NCBI GenBank assembly: GCA_017429265.1
Contig: JAFRPG010000100.1
Span: 14,645 to 78,644 of the forward strand
DNA from: Clostridia bacterium
GTDB taxonomy: Bacteria; Bacillota; Clostridia; Christensenellales; Aristaeellaceae
DNA length: 64,000 nucleotides
Reading direction: 5' to 3'
Part shown: positions 55,615 to 64,000 of the stretch, piece after piece
Position numbering within the stretch: the stretch's first letter is position 1
How the letters are laid out: each line of letters begins with the position of its first letter
Position numbers and translations under genes: made by a program
The notes under the pieces: model-generated
Seen by the model: only the letters and a program-made list of their open reading frames with translations
Databases searched by the model: none
What the model was told of the DNA's origin: nothing

Positions 55615-57957
55615 CTACTCCTCAATCACATAATACCCGTAGCTTTCGGCCCACTGCACCCACTGGCTGCCTGCGGGCACAATCAGTGTCATGCCGGGGT
55701 CAAAGGCGTCCGGAGCAATGGAGGTCACATTGCCGGGGATGCGGATGGCGTCGACTAAGGGGGTGCCAATGAATGCCTCGGCATCGATGACAGAGAGAGA
55801 TTCCGGAAGAGTGAGGATGACTGTTGGATAGCAGTAAAGATGTGCCGCCATGAGAGGGTAATTGTTATCGCCAACGGAGATTTGGTCCCACTGTTCTCGT
55901 ATGCCATCGTATAAAACATCTTCCAAATCAGGGCAGTAAGCAAAGGCAGCTTCACCAATAGTGGTTAAACTGGAAGGAAGCGTCACGTTGGTCAATTGGC
56001 TGCATCCTAAAAAGGCTGCGGTTTCAATAGTTGTAACTCCTGAAGGGATCTTGATGCTTGCCAAATTCGTGCAGCTAAAAGCTTCCGATCCAATTATTCT
56101 CACACTTTGAGGGATGCTGATGCTGACTAAATCTTCGTTGCCATAAAAAGCACCATCCTGAATGACGACGACACCGTCCGGAATGACGTAGGAGTTTCCT
56201 TTCTTGTTCGGATAACATAGCAATTCCGTTTTTTCCTTGTTAAACAGCACGCCATTGATAGAACAGTATGACGGATTGTCGGGATCCACATCAATGTATG
56301 CCAAATTGATGTTGCCATAGTTAAAGTTGATCTGATCAATATAAGTCACACTCGCAGGAATGGAGATAAACCTCAGATCGCAGTAACCCAAAGCGCCAAA
56401 TCCAATGCTGGTGACAGAATCCGGGATAATGATGTTTTGTAGATTACTCTTGCCCTGAAAAGCCCAGGTAGCAATCTGTGTCACTCCATATGGGATTGAA
56501 ACAGATGTAGCGTTACCTGCATATACATGCAACACATTATTGATAATCAGAAAGCCGTTACTGTCCACCAGTCCTACGCACTCCTGGAATGCGCCTTCTC
56601 CAATATGCACAGCAGTTTCCGGAAGTGATAGAGCCGTCAGGTTTTCGCAGTATTCAAAAGCATAATCCCCAATACTGGTCACTGAGGATGGAATTGAAAC
56701 GCTTGTTAAGCCATTACAGAACGAAAATGCATGGTCTTTTATGGTTTGAACACCATTGATCATTGCCGCTGTGGTAATGCCTGAGCTATCGAATGCGTAT
56801 CTTCCAATGCTTCGTACATTCCCTGGAATCACAACCCCTGAAATGGCAGAACAACATGAAAACGCATAGTCACCGATGGCGGTGACATTGTCCGCAATCA
56901 CTAACATGTCTTTTGCGCTTGGATAACAAATCAGGGTTGTGCCGGCTTTATCCAGTATCATTCCATTTACTGCGGAATAATTGGCGTTGCCGGAACTGAT
57001 GCTGATATCTGTCAGTTGAGTACAGTAAAGGAATGTGCCTTGCGCAATCTTGGTGACTCCGGCAGGTATTGAGATGCTTGTCAGCCCATTGCAGCCTGCG
57101 AAAGCAGATTGGCATATTTGGGTTACACTGTCCGGAATGGCAATGGATGTTGCGCTCCCCTCATAGCTGATCAGTTTACCGTTGATGACGCAAAAACCAT
57201 TTTCATCAATCAAATTGGTACAACCGCCGAATGCATGCTCGCCAATGTATTCAATGTCGTCAGGGAGCGTAATGTTTTCCAAACCGATGCAGTCATAGAA
57301 TGCATAACTACCAATTCCCGTAATGCTGTGAGGAATTGTCACATTTGCCAGGCTTGTGCAACCGCGAAAAGTACTATCTTCAATTCCGGTAACCCCGTTC
57401 GGAACTGTAAAGCTCGTCAGGCTACTGCAACCAGCAAAAGCATACCAGTTGATCCTGGTAACACTGCTCGGGATCGAAATGCTCGTCAAACTACTGCAGT
57501 TATAGAAAGCATATTCGCCAATACTGGTGACGCTATCGGGAATCGTAATGCTCATCAAAGATCTGCAGTTATAGAAAGCGTATTCGCCAATACTGGTGAT
57601 GCTGTTTGGGATCGTAACGCTTGTAAGCTCCGTATCTCCGAGAAAGAGATGGCAACTATTGCTTGCACAATTCGGATGGCTTCGATTATTGGAACTGTCA
57701 AAATCGATTGACAACCATGACGCTATGCTGAATATATGGATTTCACTCAGGTTGCTGCAGTTGTAGAAAGCAGTGCTGCCAATACTGGCAACACTTTCAG
57801 GGATTGTAATGCTGGTCAAGCTGCTGCAGCCGGAGAAAGCGGAACCACCAATGTCGGTGACGTTTTCGGGAATTACAATGCTGGTCAAACTGCTGCAGCC
57901 GGAGAAAGCGGAGTTGCCAATACTGCAGACGCTTTCCGGAATTGCGATGTCGGCCAA
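55615..57957 (-). CDS. BspA-type leucine-rich-repeat surface protein, C-terminal part (frameshifted continuation of 57885-59177)
   Basis: Dozens of IPxSVTSIGxxAFxxCxSLTSI repeats and no signal peptide. The frame stays open upstream to a TGA inside an A-run at about 58040. Confidence 0.8.
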   Translation of the reverse strand: MADIAIPESVCSIGNSAFSGCSSLTSIVIPENVTDIGGSAFSGCSSLTSITIPESVASIGSTAFYNCSNLSEIHIFSIASWLSIDFDSSNNRSHPNCASNSCHLFLGDTELTSVTIPNSITSIGEYAFYNCRSLMSITIPDSVTSIGEYAFYNCSSLTSISIPSSVTRINWYAFAGCSSLTSFTVPNGVTGIEDSTFRGCTSLANVTIPHSITGIGSYAFYDCIGLENITLPDDIEYIGEHAFGGCTNLIDENGFCVINGKLISYEGSATSIAIPDSVTQICQSAFAGCNGLTSISIPAGVTKIAQGTFLYCTQLTDISISSGNANYSAVNGMILDKAGTTLICYPSAKDMLVIADNVTAIGDYAFSCCSAISGVVIPGNVRSIGRYAFDSSGITTAAMINGVQTIKDHAFSFCNGLTSVSIPSSVTSIGDYAFEYCENLTALSLPETAVHIGEGAFQECVGLVDSNGFLIINNVLHVYAGNATSVSIPYGVTQIATWAFQGKSNLQNIIIPDSVTSIGFGALGYCDLRFISIPASVTYIDQINFNYGNINLAYIDVDPDNPSYCSINGVLFNKEKTELLCYPNKKGNSYVIPDGVVVIQDGAFYGNEDLVSISIPQSVRIIGSEAFSCTNLASIKIPSGVTTIETAAFLGCSQLTNVTLPSSLTTIGEAAFAYCPDLEDVLYDGIREQWDQISVGDNNYPLMAAHLYCYPTVILTLPESLSVIDAEAFIGTPLVDAIRIPGNVTSIAPDAFDPGMTLIVPAGSQWVQWAESYGYYVIEE

Positions 57958-59177
57958 ATTCTTGCAATTGGTGAACCAATACCTGGGAATCGATGAAGGC
58001 TCACATTCAAAGACAGCGGAAACAATCTTGCTTTTTCATCTTTCCAAGGGACAGCATAATCACTTGAGACATCGGATATAACACAAGATGGCAAAATGGT
58101 CAGGACGCCGTTTGAAATGCTCCAGCGATCTGACTGATAGTAAAGCGTATAGCTTGGTAATGCGGATGTTCCTTTGTTGATACGCGACCACATATCAGGT
58201 GTGCCTGTATAGTGAACTTTAACACTATAGGTATAATCAAACGCTTTACTGCCAATACTGGTAACACTTTCCGGAATTGTGATATCCAAATTGGAATACA
58301 GGCACCAGGAAAAAGCTTCACTGCCTATGCTGGTGACACCGTCTGGGACCACGATTTTTCTTAACCTTTCACATCCGTAAAAAGTCCCGTACTTGATATC
58401 AGTGATTCCTTCAGGCAGCATTATAGTTGATAGATTTCTGCAATCCATGAAAGCACTAAATCCTATACTTGTCACATTATTCGGTATTACGATAGTACTC
58501 AAATCGCGACATTCCCGGAAAGCACCATCACCTATGGATGTTACGCTGTTCGGTAACGTAAGGCTTTGGATTCTGGAGTTTTCGAAGGCATGGTTGCCAA
58601 CTTTTGTTACGCAATCTGGAATTTGCACAGACTGCTTATTTGGCGGACACCAAATCAAGACAGTCATATCGAAACTGTAGAGAATGTCATCCACCGAAGC
58701 AAAACAAGCATTTGAATCTGATACGCCAATGCTTCTCAGATTGGTACAGTATCTGAACGCTCCATCGCCTATGATGGTGACATTATCCGGTATTGTGATG
58801 CTCGTTAAACTTTTGCAGCTATAGAACGCATAGAATCCAATAGTCGTCACACTATCTGGTATTGTGATGCTTGTCAGGCTGTTGCAACCAGAAAAAGCGT
58901 ATTTTCCAATATTGGTGACACCTGATACAATGTTTACCGACTGGATTGATGTCCGATTCGTGTACCATGGTATGTTACTGTCGGATGTAGATGTATAATC
59001 CTTCATCTCCCCAGACCCGCTGATTGTTAGCGTTCCGGCATCATCCAGCGACCATGTCAGATTATCACCGTTTACACCACAACTCCCGCTGGCCACAGTG
59101 CTCGCCGATGCCACGCCGCACCAAAGCACACCAACCAGCACCGCAACCACCAATATCCACTTAAGCACTTTTTTCAC
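57885..59177 (-). CDS. BspA-type leucine-rich-repeat surface protein, N-terminal part with signal peptide
   Basis: GTG start 7 nt after GGAGG. VKKVLKWILVVAVLVGVLWCGVASA signal peptide, GDNLTWSLDDAGTLTISGSG module and LRRs. The last ~35 aa look out of frame. Confidence 0.8.
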   Translation of the reverse strand: MKKVLKWILVVAVLVGVLWCGVASASTVASGSCGVNGDNLTWSLDDAGTLTISGSGEMKDYTSTSDSNIPWYTNRTSIQSVNIVSGVTNIGKYAFSGCNSLTSITIPDSVTTIGFYAFYSCKSLTSITIPDNVTIIGDGAFRYCTNLRSIGVSDSNACFASVDDILYSFDMTVLIWCPPNKQSVQIPDCVTKVGNHAFENSRIQSLTLPNSVTSIGDGAFRECRDLSTIVIPNNVTSIGFSAFMDCRNLSTIMLPEGITDIKYGTFYGCERLRKIVVPDGVTSIGSEAFSWCLYSNLDITIPESVTSIGSKAFDYTYSVKVHYTGTPDMWSRINKGTSALPSYTLYYQSDRWSISNGVLTILPSCVISDVSSDYAVPWKDEKARLFPLSLNVSLHRFPGIGSPIARIWPTSQFRKASAVLATPLSPAAAV

Positions 59178-59179
59178 TA

Positions 59180-59422
59180 TCAGTTCCTCCCTCTCCAATA
59201 AGCATCATTCTCAACCGCAATCCTGATCTTCTCTGCGCATTCCGTCTGCGTAACTTCGTCTTTCTCCAGCCACTTCACCAGTTCTGCAGTCAGGAACGCA
59301 TCCAGCAGCCGGTTGACCACCCGGATTACCTGCAGCTCATCGTCCTGCCGATAGCAGAACGTCGGCAGACTGTTCTCCCCGTGGGAAGATGCACACCGCA
59401 GCTTGTACGGCACCCACATCAC
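59180..59422 (-). CDS. small hypothetical protein
   Basis: 80-aa ORF between the 278-aa orphan and the LRR gene. No motif; start uncertain. Confidence 0.3.
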   Translation of the reverse strand: MMWVPYKLRCASSHGENSLPTFCYRQDDELQVIRVVNRLLDAFLTAELVKWLEKDEVTQTECAEKIRIAVENDAYWRGRN

Positions 59423-59464
59423 AGCGAAGGAGAAGACGGAGAAGGGGTAATCATACCCAAGCTT

Positions 59465-60301
59465 CTAGTTTCGCATTGCCAGCAGAAGCCGCTGCACCCA
59501 CGGATTCGTCTCATTCTCTGTCAGACAGGCTGCGCAGAAAGCGTCGATCTCATTCTCCGGGATCCGCTTCAGCGCAGCCTTCGCGGACCAGAGCAGGTGG
59601 CGTTCGTGCTGCTCGCGGATGTCCTTGGGCGTGTTCTCCGGCAGCACACAGGGTTCATGCTGCAGGCATCTGAGAAAGAAAGCCTGCCGTTCGTTTTCCT
59701 TGCCGATGGTCTGCTTCTTCCCCTTTGCCGTCGGCGGCAGGAGCGGTTCTCCGAGGCTTGCCGTGTAGTTGTACAGCGCATTCATTGCCATCCAGTAATA
59801 GGTGAACCGCTCGATCTCATACCGGTCCGACTTTGCGGTCAGCAGCGCGTGCAGGGCGACAAACCGGCCGTCATAGGCTGACTTGCTCCGCGCCGCGATG
59901 TTATGCTCCACACCGGGGCTTCGCCACGCTTTCCCGAAAGGCAGACGCAACCGTCCCTCGACCAGACTGTAGATCAGCGGCGGATCACCCGGTGCCTGGG
60001 TGAAGGCGGCTTTCTCCTCACCGTTCACGCTGACAGAGGCAGCGCGGACATTCAGGCATCTGCCGTACCGGATCAGGTACATTAGCAAAGCCTTTCTGAC
60101 CGCATCGGCAAAGAGTCTGTCGTCACCGCAAAGGATGGCATCCGGTGATTTCTCTGTTCCCGTCCGCAGCTCGATCATGACCCCGGCTGATCGGATGTGC
60201 AGCTGGATCCCCCGGTTGCTGCCGTATGCCGCAAGCACGGGTCGGGCGGACAAGTCTCCCTGGTTAAGCCGTAAAGCATATGTATACTGCAGAAGCCTCA
60301 T
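59465..60301 (-). CDS. hypothetical protein (orphan, 278 aa)
   Basis: Clean ORF in the AT-richer stretch next to ssrA. No motif recognised. Confidence 0.55.
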   Translation of the reverse strand: MRLLQYTYALRLNQGDLSARPVLAAYGSNRGIQLHIRSAGVMIELRTGTEKSPDAILCGDDRLFADAVRKALLMYLIRYGRCLNVRAASVSVNGEEKAAFTQAPGDPPLIYSLVEGRLRLPFGKAWRSPGVEHNIAARSKSAYDGRFVALHALLTAKSDRYEIERFTYYWMAMNALYNYTASLGEPLLPPTAKGKKQTIGKENERQAFFLRCLQHEPCVLPENTPKDIREQHERHLLWSAKAALKRIPENEIDAFCAACLTENETNPWVQRLLLAMRN

Positions 60302-60825
60302 CTCCTTGCTGCAAGTCGCCGGTCAAACGTTTGTATGTCACGATGATTATAGCAGACAGGGGCTGGGTGTTCAATACTTCCGTTCAGCAAAAGGGTTACA
60401 AAACGATAAATTTCAAGGCTTCTGCGATGAGCGTAAGGTGGAAGCACTGCAGCCAATGGTTATCAGGGGTCCGGAGACGGACAGTATCCTGAGCGCCGTC
60501 GCTTTTCAGGATTCTGAAAGCATCGGGCAGGAAGTGCTGTACAAAGCCGTCAGCACTTTCAATAGATTAGAACCCGATTTGCGCAAATTGCGTTCTGAAA
60601 AACCACGGCGTATTCTAAACGTGATTCAATCTGCAATCCGGAAGGTGGCCCTCAAATGCGGCCTCTTGCCCGCTGCGATGCAGACGCAGCCATCACCTCT
60701 ATCCGCGCCGCTCTTGCAAGTCAAAACGGCCCGCCGGAAGCACGTCGTGCGTGCGTCCAGCAGGCCGTCCATCGCGTCGTCATCTCTGATGACGCCATCA
60801 CCACGCTCCTCGCATGGCATACGTT

Positions 60826-61172
60826 TGGTGGAGATGAGGGGAGTCGAACCCCTGTCCGAAAGCTCTGATTCAGGACTTTCTCCGAGCGCAGTCTGTGATT
60901 TGACATTCCCTCCGCGCCCCGCCCGCAGACAGGCTGGGCGCTTCAGTAGCTTCATATTACGGACATGCTGCAAAGCTTGGGCATGTTCGTTCCCCGCGTA
61001 AATGACGTCAGGAACCGGCCACGCGGGCAGACCGGGCTGACGTCACCGCCTATCAGGCGGCGAAAGCGAAATCGCTGTTGTCAGTTCAATTTAATTTCCC
61101 GTTGTTATGCGGTCCAGGGCCGCAGCTCGCTTATCCTGCCTCCGACACTCCCGTCGAAACCGGATCATCCCC
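60826..61172 (-). ncRNA. ssrA: tmRNA (SsrA)
   Basis: 5' GGGGATGATCCGGTTTCGACGGG, 3' GGTTCGACTCCCCTCATCTCCACCA, G3-U70 in the acceptor stem. Tag frame ...GAC AAC AGC GAT TTC GCT TTC GCC GCC TGA TAG. Immediately downstream of smpB. Confidence 0.9.
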
Positions 61173-61196
61173 ATGTGACTGACTGCGATTCTTGCT

Positions 61197-61664
61197 TCAT
61201 CGGTTGTTCTGGCGGAGCGCCCTGCGGATCTCGCGGTCCGCGTCCCGCTTCGCCGTGGCGTCGCGCTTGTCATGCTCGGCCTTGCCCCTGCACAGGCCCA
61301 GTTGCAGCTTCATTCGCCCGTCCTTGAGGTAAATCTCCAGCGGCACCAGGGTGTAGCCCTGCCGCGCCACCAGACCGTCCAGCTTGCGGATCTCGCTCTT
61401 GTGCAGGAGGAGCCGCTTCGGGCGCATCGGGTCACGGTTGAACCGGTTGCCCTGCTCGTAGGGGCTGATGTGCATCCCCTCCACAAAGACCTCGCCCCGG
61501 CGCACCTGGGCCCAGCTCTCCTTGAGGCTCACCCGCCCCAGGCGCATGGACTTGACCTCCGTGCCGAAGAGCTCGATGCCGCACTCGTAGCGCTCCTCGA
61601 CAAAGTAGTCGTGAAAGGCCTTGCGATTCTGCGCCACCGGCTTGATCCCCTTCTGATGCGGCAC
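61197..61664 (-). CDS. smpB: SsrA-binding protein
   Basis: NRKAFHDY...GTEVKS...HISPY...RKLLLHK family pattern. Confidence 0.92.
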   Translation of the reverse strand: MPHQKGIKPVAQNRKAFHDYFVEERYECGIELFGTEVKSMRLGRVSLKESWAQVRRGEVFVEGMHISPYEQGNRFNRDPMRPKRLLLHKSEIRKLDGLVARQGYTLVPLEIYLKDGRMKLQLGLCRGKAEHDKRDATAKRDADREIRRALRQNNR

Positions 61665-61746
61665 GCTTCCTCACCCGTCCTTTCCGCTGCGCATCGAGTA
61701 TATCACAAGATATGCCAAAATGCAAACAAATGTTTCCCTGCGCCCG

Positions 61747-62502
61747 TCAGACCGGGATCGGGAAGTCCGCCCACGCCGCCTGATCGCAGGGATCGGGGGC
61801 CAGGAAGGTCACGGCCATCCGATTGTCCGTCAGCACCGCCAGATCGCTCCCGGGGTCCGGAGTGTCCACGGTCTCCATCGGCTTGAGCCAGAAGGAGATA
61901 TCACCGCGCGGACTGTCATAGCGCTCATAGCCGTCGCGGTACATCAGACGGCTGATCGGACAGATCACGGCACCGCGCATCTCACTGACATGGCAGCAGG
62001 GGGCGTTGAGGTTGCAGACGCTCTGCCGCGGGACCTCCGCCGTCACCAGTTTCTCCGCTGTGCGGATCGCGTAATCGGCAAAGAAGACGCGCATATCCTC
62101 CGGCGTGCGGGGTTCCATGGAGACCGCAAGGGCCTTCCCCATGGCAAAGGCGGCTTCCCGGGCCGCGCCCACGGTTCCGCTGACATAGGTGGCCAGGCCG
62201 ATGTTGTATCCTTCGTTGATGCCGCTGATCACCAGGTCCACCGGGCCCTCCGCCAGCGCCAGCATGCCCAGTCGGGTACAGTCCACCGGTGTGCCTCCGA
62301 TGCGCCAGGCCGCCGCGGCACCCGGCATCTCGGCGGGACGAACCATCAGCGGAGAGAAGACCGTGAAGGCGTGGGAGCGGGCGCTCTGCTGGGTCTCCGG
62401 CGCGCAGACGGTGACCCGATGGCCCCTGTTCGCCGCGGCCATGCACAGCAGGCGCAGGCCTTCGCAGTCGAAGCCATCGTCGTTGACCAGCAGAAAGTGC
62501 AT
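61747..62502 (-). CDS. surE: 5'/3'-nucleotidase SurE
   Basis: MHFLLVNDDGFDCEGL, SGINEGYN. Confidence 0.88.
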   Translation of the reverse strand: MHFLLVNDDGFDCEGLRLLCMAAANRGHRVTVCAPETQQSARSHAFTVFSPLMVRPAEMPGAAAAWRIGGTPVDCTRLGMLALAEGPVDLVISGINEGYNIGLATYVSGTVGAAREAAFAMGKALAVSMEPRTPEDMRVFFADYAIRTAEKLVTAEVPRQSVCNLNAPCCHVSEMRGAVICPISRLMYRDGYERYDSPRGDISFWLKPMETVDTPDPGSDLAVLTDNRMAVTFLAPDPCDQAAWADFPIPV

Positions 62503-62518
62503 GCCTTCTCCCCCTCCG

Positions 62519-63148
62519 TCAGGCGTTCTCCTCCATCAGCTTTTCCAGCTTTCGCTTGATCCGCTGCAGGGCGTTGTCGATCGATTTCACATGCCGGTTC
62601 AGCCGCTCGGCGATCTCCTGATAGCTTTTGCCATCCAGGTAGAGCGCCAGCACTTCCTGTTCCAGCTCGGAAAGCACCTCGCCGATGCGCAGGTTGATCC
62701 GCTGCATGTTCTCCTGGCTGATGATCAGGTCCTCCGGATTGGAAGCGTGGCCCTCCACGATCACGTCGAGGAGGGTGCGGTCGGACTCATCGTCGTAGAG
62801 CGGCTTGTTCAGCGAGACATAGCTGTTCAGCGGGATGTGCTTCTGCCGGGTGGCCGTCTTGATCGCCGTGATGATCTGCCGCGTGATGCACAGCTCCGCA
62901 AAGGCGTGGAAGGAAGACAGCCGGTCCGTGCGGAAGTCGCGGATCGCCTTGTACAGGCCGATCATGCCCTCCTGGACGATGTCCTCGTGGTCCGCGCCGA
63001 TGAGGAAATAGCTGCGCGCCTTCGAGCGGACGAAGTTCTTGTACTTGTTGAGCAGGAACTCGACCGCGCGCTCGTCGTCCTCATGGCACAGCGCCACTAT
63101 CTCTTCGTCGGTCATCTCCGCGAAGGGCCTTTCCTCCGGCTGCGCCAT
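62519..63148 (-). CDS. sigH: RNA polymerase sigma factor SigH
   Basis: KYKNFVRSKARSYFLIGADHEDIVQEGMIGLYKAIRDF. Follows the rlmB-yacP pair as in other Firmicutes. Confidence 0.88.
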   Translation of the reverse strand: MAQPEERPFAEMTDEEIVALCHEDDERAVEFLLNKYKNFVRSKARSYFLIGADHEDIVQEGMIGLYKAIRDFRTDRLSSFHAFAELCITRQIITAIKTATRQKHIPLNSYVSLNKPLYDDESDRTLLDVIVEGHASNPEDLIISQENMQRINLRIGEVLSELEQEVLALYLDGKSYQEIAERLNRHVKSIDNALQRIKRKLEKLMEENA

Positions 63149-63162
63149 GGGATCACCTCTTT

Positions 63163-63675
63163 TCAGCCGCTTCCGCGGCGCATTTTCTCGAGCTGTTCGA
63201 CCAGGGATTCGGGGAGGACGTCGCCGATGTTCTTCCCCGCCTGTACAGCGCGGGACCGGCCCTGCTGCACGCCGGAAGCCCGCGTGTGACGGAGCTCCCG
63301 GAGAAGCTCGCGGGAGGTCAGCCGCACCGCGCCGGTGGACAGGACCTGGCTCTGCTCCAGGCCGTCGGAGGTGGCCACACGCACCGGGCGGTACCGCGGC
63401 GTCTCCGCCACCAGGCGCTCGATGTAGCTGTCGGCGGTCTCGGCGTGCTTCGTGAAGACCAGCGTCACCGGGCCGAACTTCTCCTCGGTCCGCACCCGGC
63501 GGTCGGACTGATAGCCGTCGAAGACCAGGACGATCTCCTCATCCGTGTACCCGCCGAAATCCTGCAGGGCGTGGAGCAGGCGGTCGCGGCTCTCCTCGAC
63601 GGACCAGCCGCCCCGCTCCGCCTCCGGCCAGGCGCCGATGACGTTGTAGCCGTCGACGATCAGCAGGGGCTTCAT
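63163..63675 (-). CDS. NYN-domain ribonuclease YacP/Rae1 family
   Basis: MKPLLIVDGYNVIGAW. Conserved position between rlmB and sigH. Confidence 0.8.
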   Translation of the reverse strand: MKPLLIVDGYNVIGAWPEAERGGWSVEESRDRLLHALQDFGGYTDEEIVLVFDGYQSDRRVRTEEKFGPVTLVFTKHAETADSYIERLVAETPRYRPVRVATSDGLEQSQVLSTGAVRLTSRELLRELRHTRASGVQQGRSRAVQAGKNIGDVLPESLVEQLEKMRRGSG

Positions 63676-64000
63676 GCCCTGCGGCCGGACAGGACGCGGT
63701 ACATCACGACGCCCGCCGCTACGGAGGCGTTCAGGCTGTCGAGCCGGCCCTTCATGGGCAGGGAGACACGGCGGTCGCAGCGGTCCTCGGTCAGACGGCT
63801 GATGCCGCTGCCCTCGCTGCCGATCACCAGCGCCACGCCGCCGCCGAAGTCCACGTGCTCATAATCCTCTCCGTCCATCGAGAGGCCGTAGATCCAGATG
63901 TTCCTGCGCTTGAGCTGGTCGATGACCTGGTTGAGGTTGGCCACGCGCGCCACCTTCACATGCTCCACGGCGCCCGCGGAGGCCTTCACGGCCGCCGGGG
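63672..64000 (-). CDS. rlmB: 23S rRNA 2'-O-methyltransferase RlmB/TrmH family (C-terminal part; gene runs off the window)
   Basis: SpoU motifs VIGSEGSGIS and LNASVAAGVVMY. Confidence 0.8.
   Translation of the reverse strand, partial: PAAVKASAGAVEHVKVARVANLNQVIDQLKRRNIWIYGLSMDGEDYEHVDFGGGVALVIGSEGSGISRLTEDRCDRRVSLPMKGRLDSLNASVAAGVVMYRVLSGRRA

Noticed and set aside
60000-61001. 333-aa plus-strand ORF, plus 60626-60973(-) and 60965-61327(+).
   Set aside because: They run through the 278-aa gene antisense and across the tmRNA gene. The tmRNA assignment is much stronger.

Overview
High-GC Firmicutes/Clostridia-type chromosome segment. Core synteny is tilS-hpt-ftsH, rlmB-yacP-sigH, smpB-ssrA, murI and mgtE. 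An Oscillospiraceae-like gut anaerobe is only a guess. I support about 50 protein genes, 2 tRNAs and 1 tmRNA. No CRISPR and no rRNA were seen. Three stretches that look AT-richer by eye (GC not computed) interrupt the core. (1) 27411-34172 sits at the window centre and is the best candidate for something new. It is a ~6.8-kb element in the 3' end of tRNA-Trp, bounded by a 24-bp direct repeat. It carries a tyrosine integrase, Xis-like HTH, D5/P4-type SF3 helicase, XRE repressor, a 9-unit iteron array between divergent promoters with TACCAC-N6-GTGGTA operators, a J-domain protein and several orphan small ORFs. No virion, lysis or conjugation genes are visible, so it resembles a minimal phage satellite. 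(2) 44620-47660 is a ~3-kb decayed element in tRNA-Val with a large serine recombinase, an RHH protein and several direct-repeat arrays. (3) ~55.3-60.8 kb lies next to ssrA and holds a BspA-type LRR surface protein split by a frameshift plus orphan ORFs, with no recombinase. Other notable points: a paralogous pair with a repeated His/Cys3 motif (YYHxDPxCP...PCxxCGAP), a MATE-HATPase fusion, a ~70-bp-arm inverted repeat, and a structured mgtE leader. The ORF track prints alternative starts (GTG/TTG) as M, so several starts were re-picked using RBS context. Most long ORFs antisense to recognisable genes are high-GC shadow ORFs. The two clear frameshifts, and one further possible one, are single-base changes in short homopolymers. 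Assembly error must be excluded before calling them pseudogenes.
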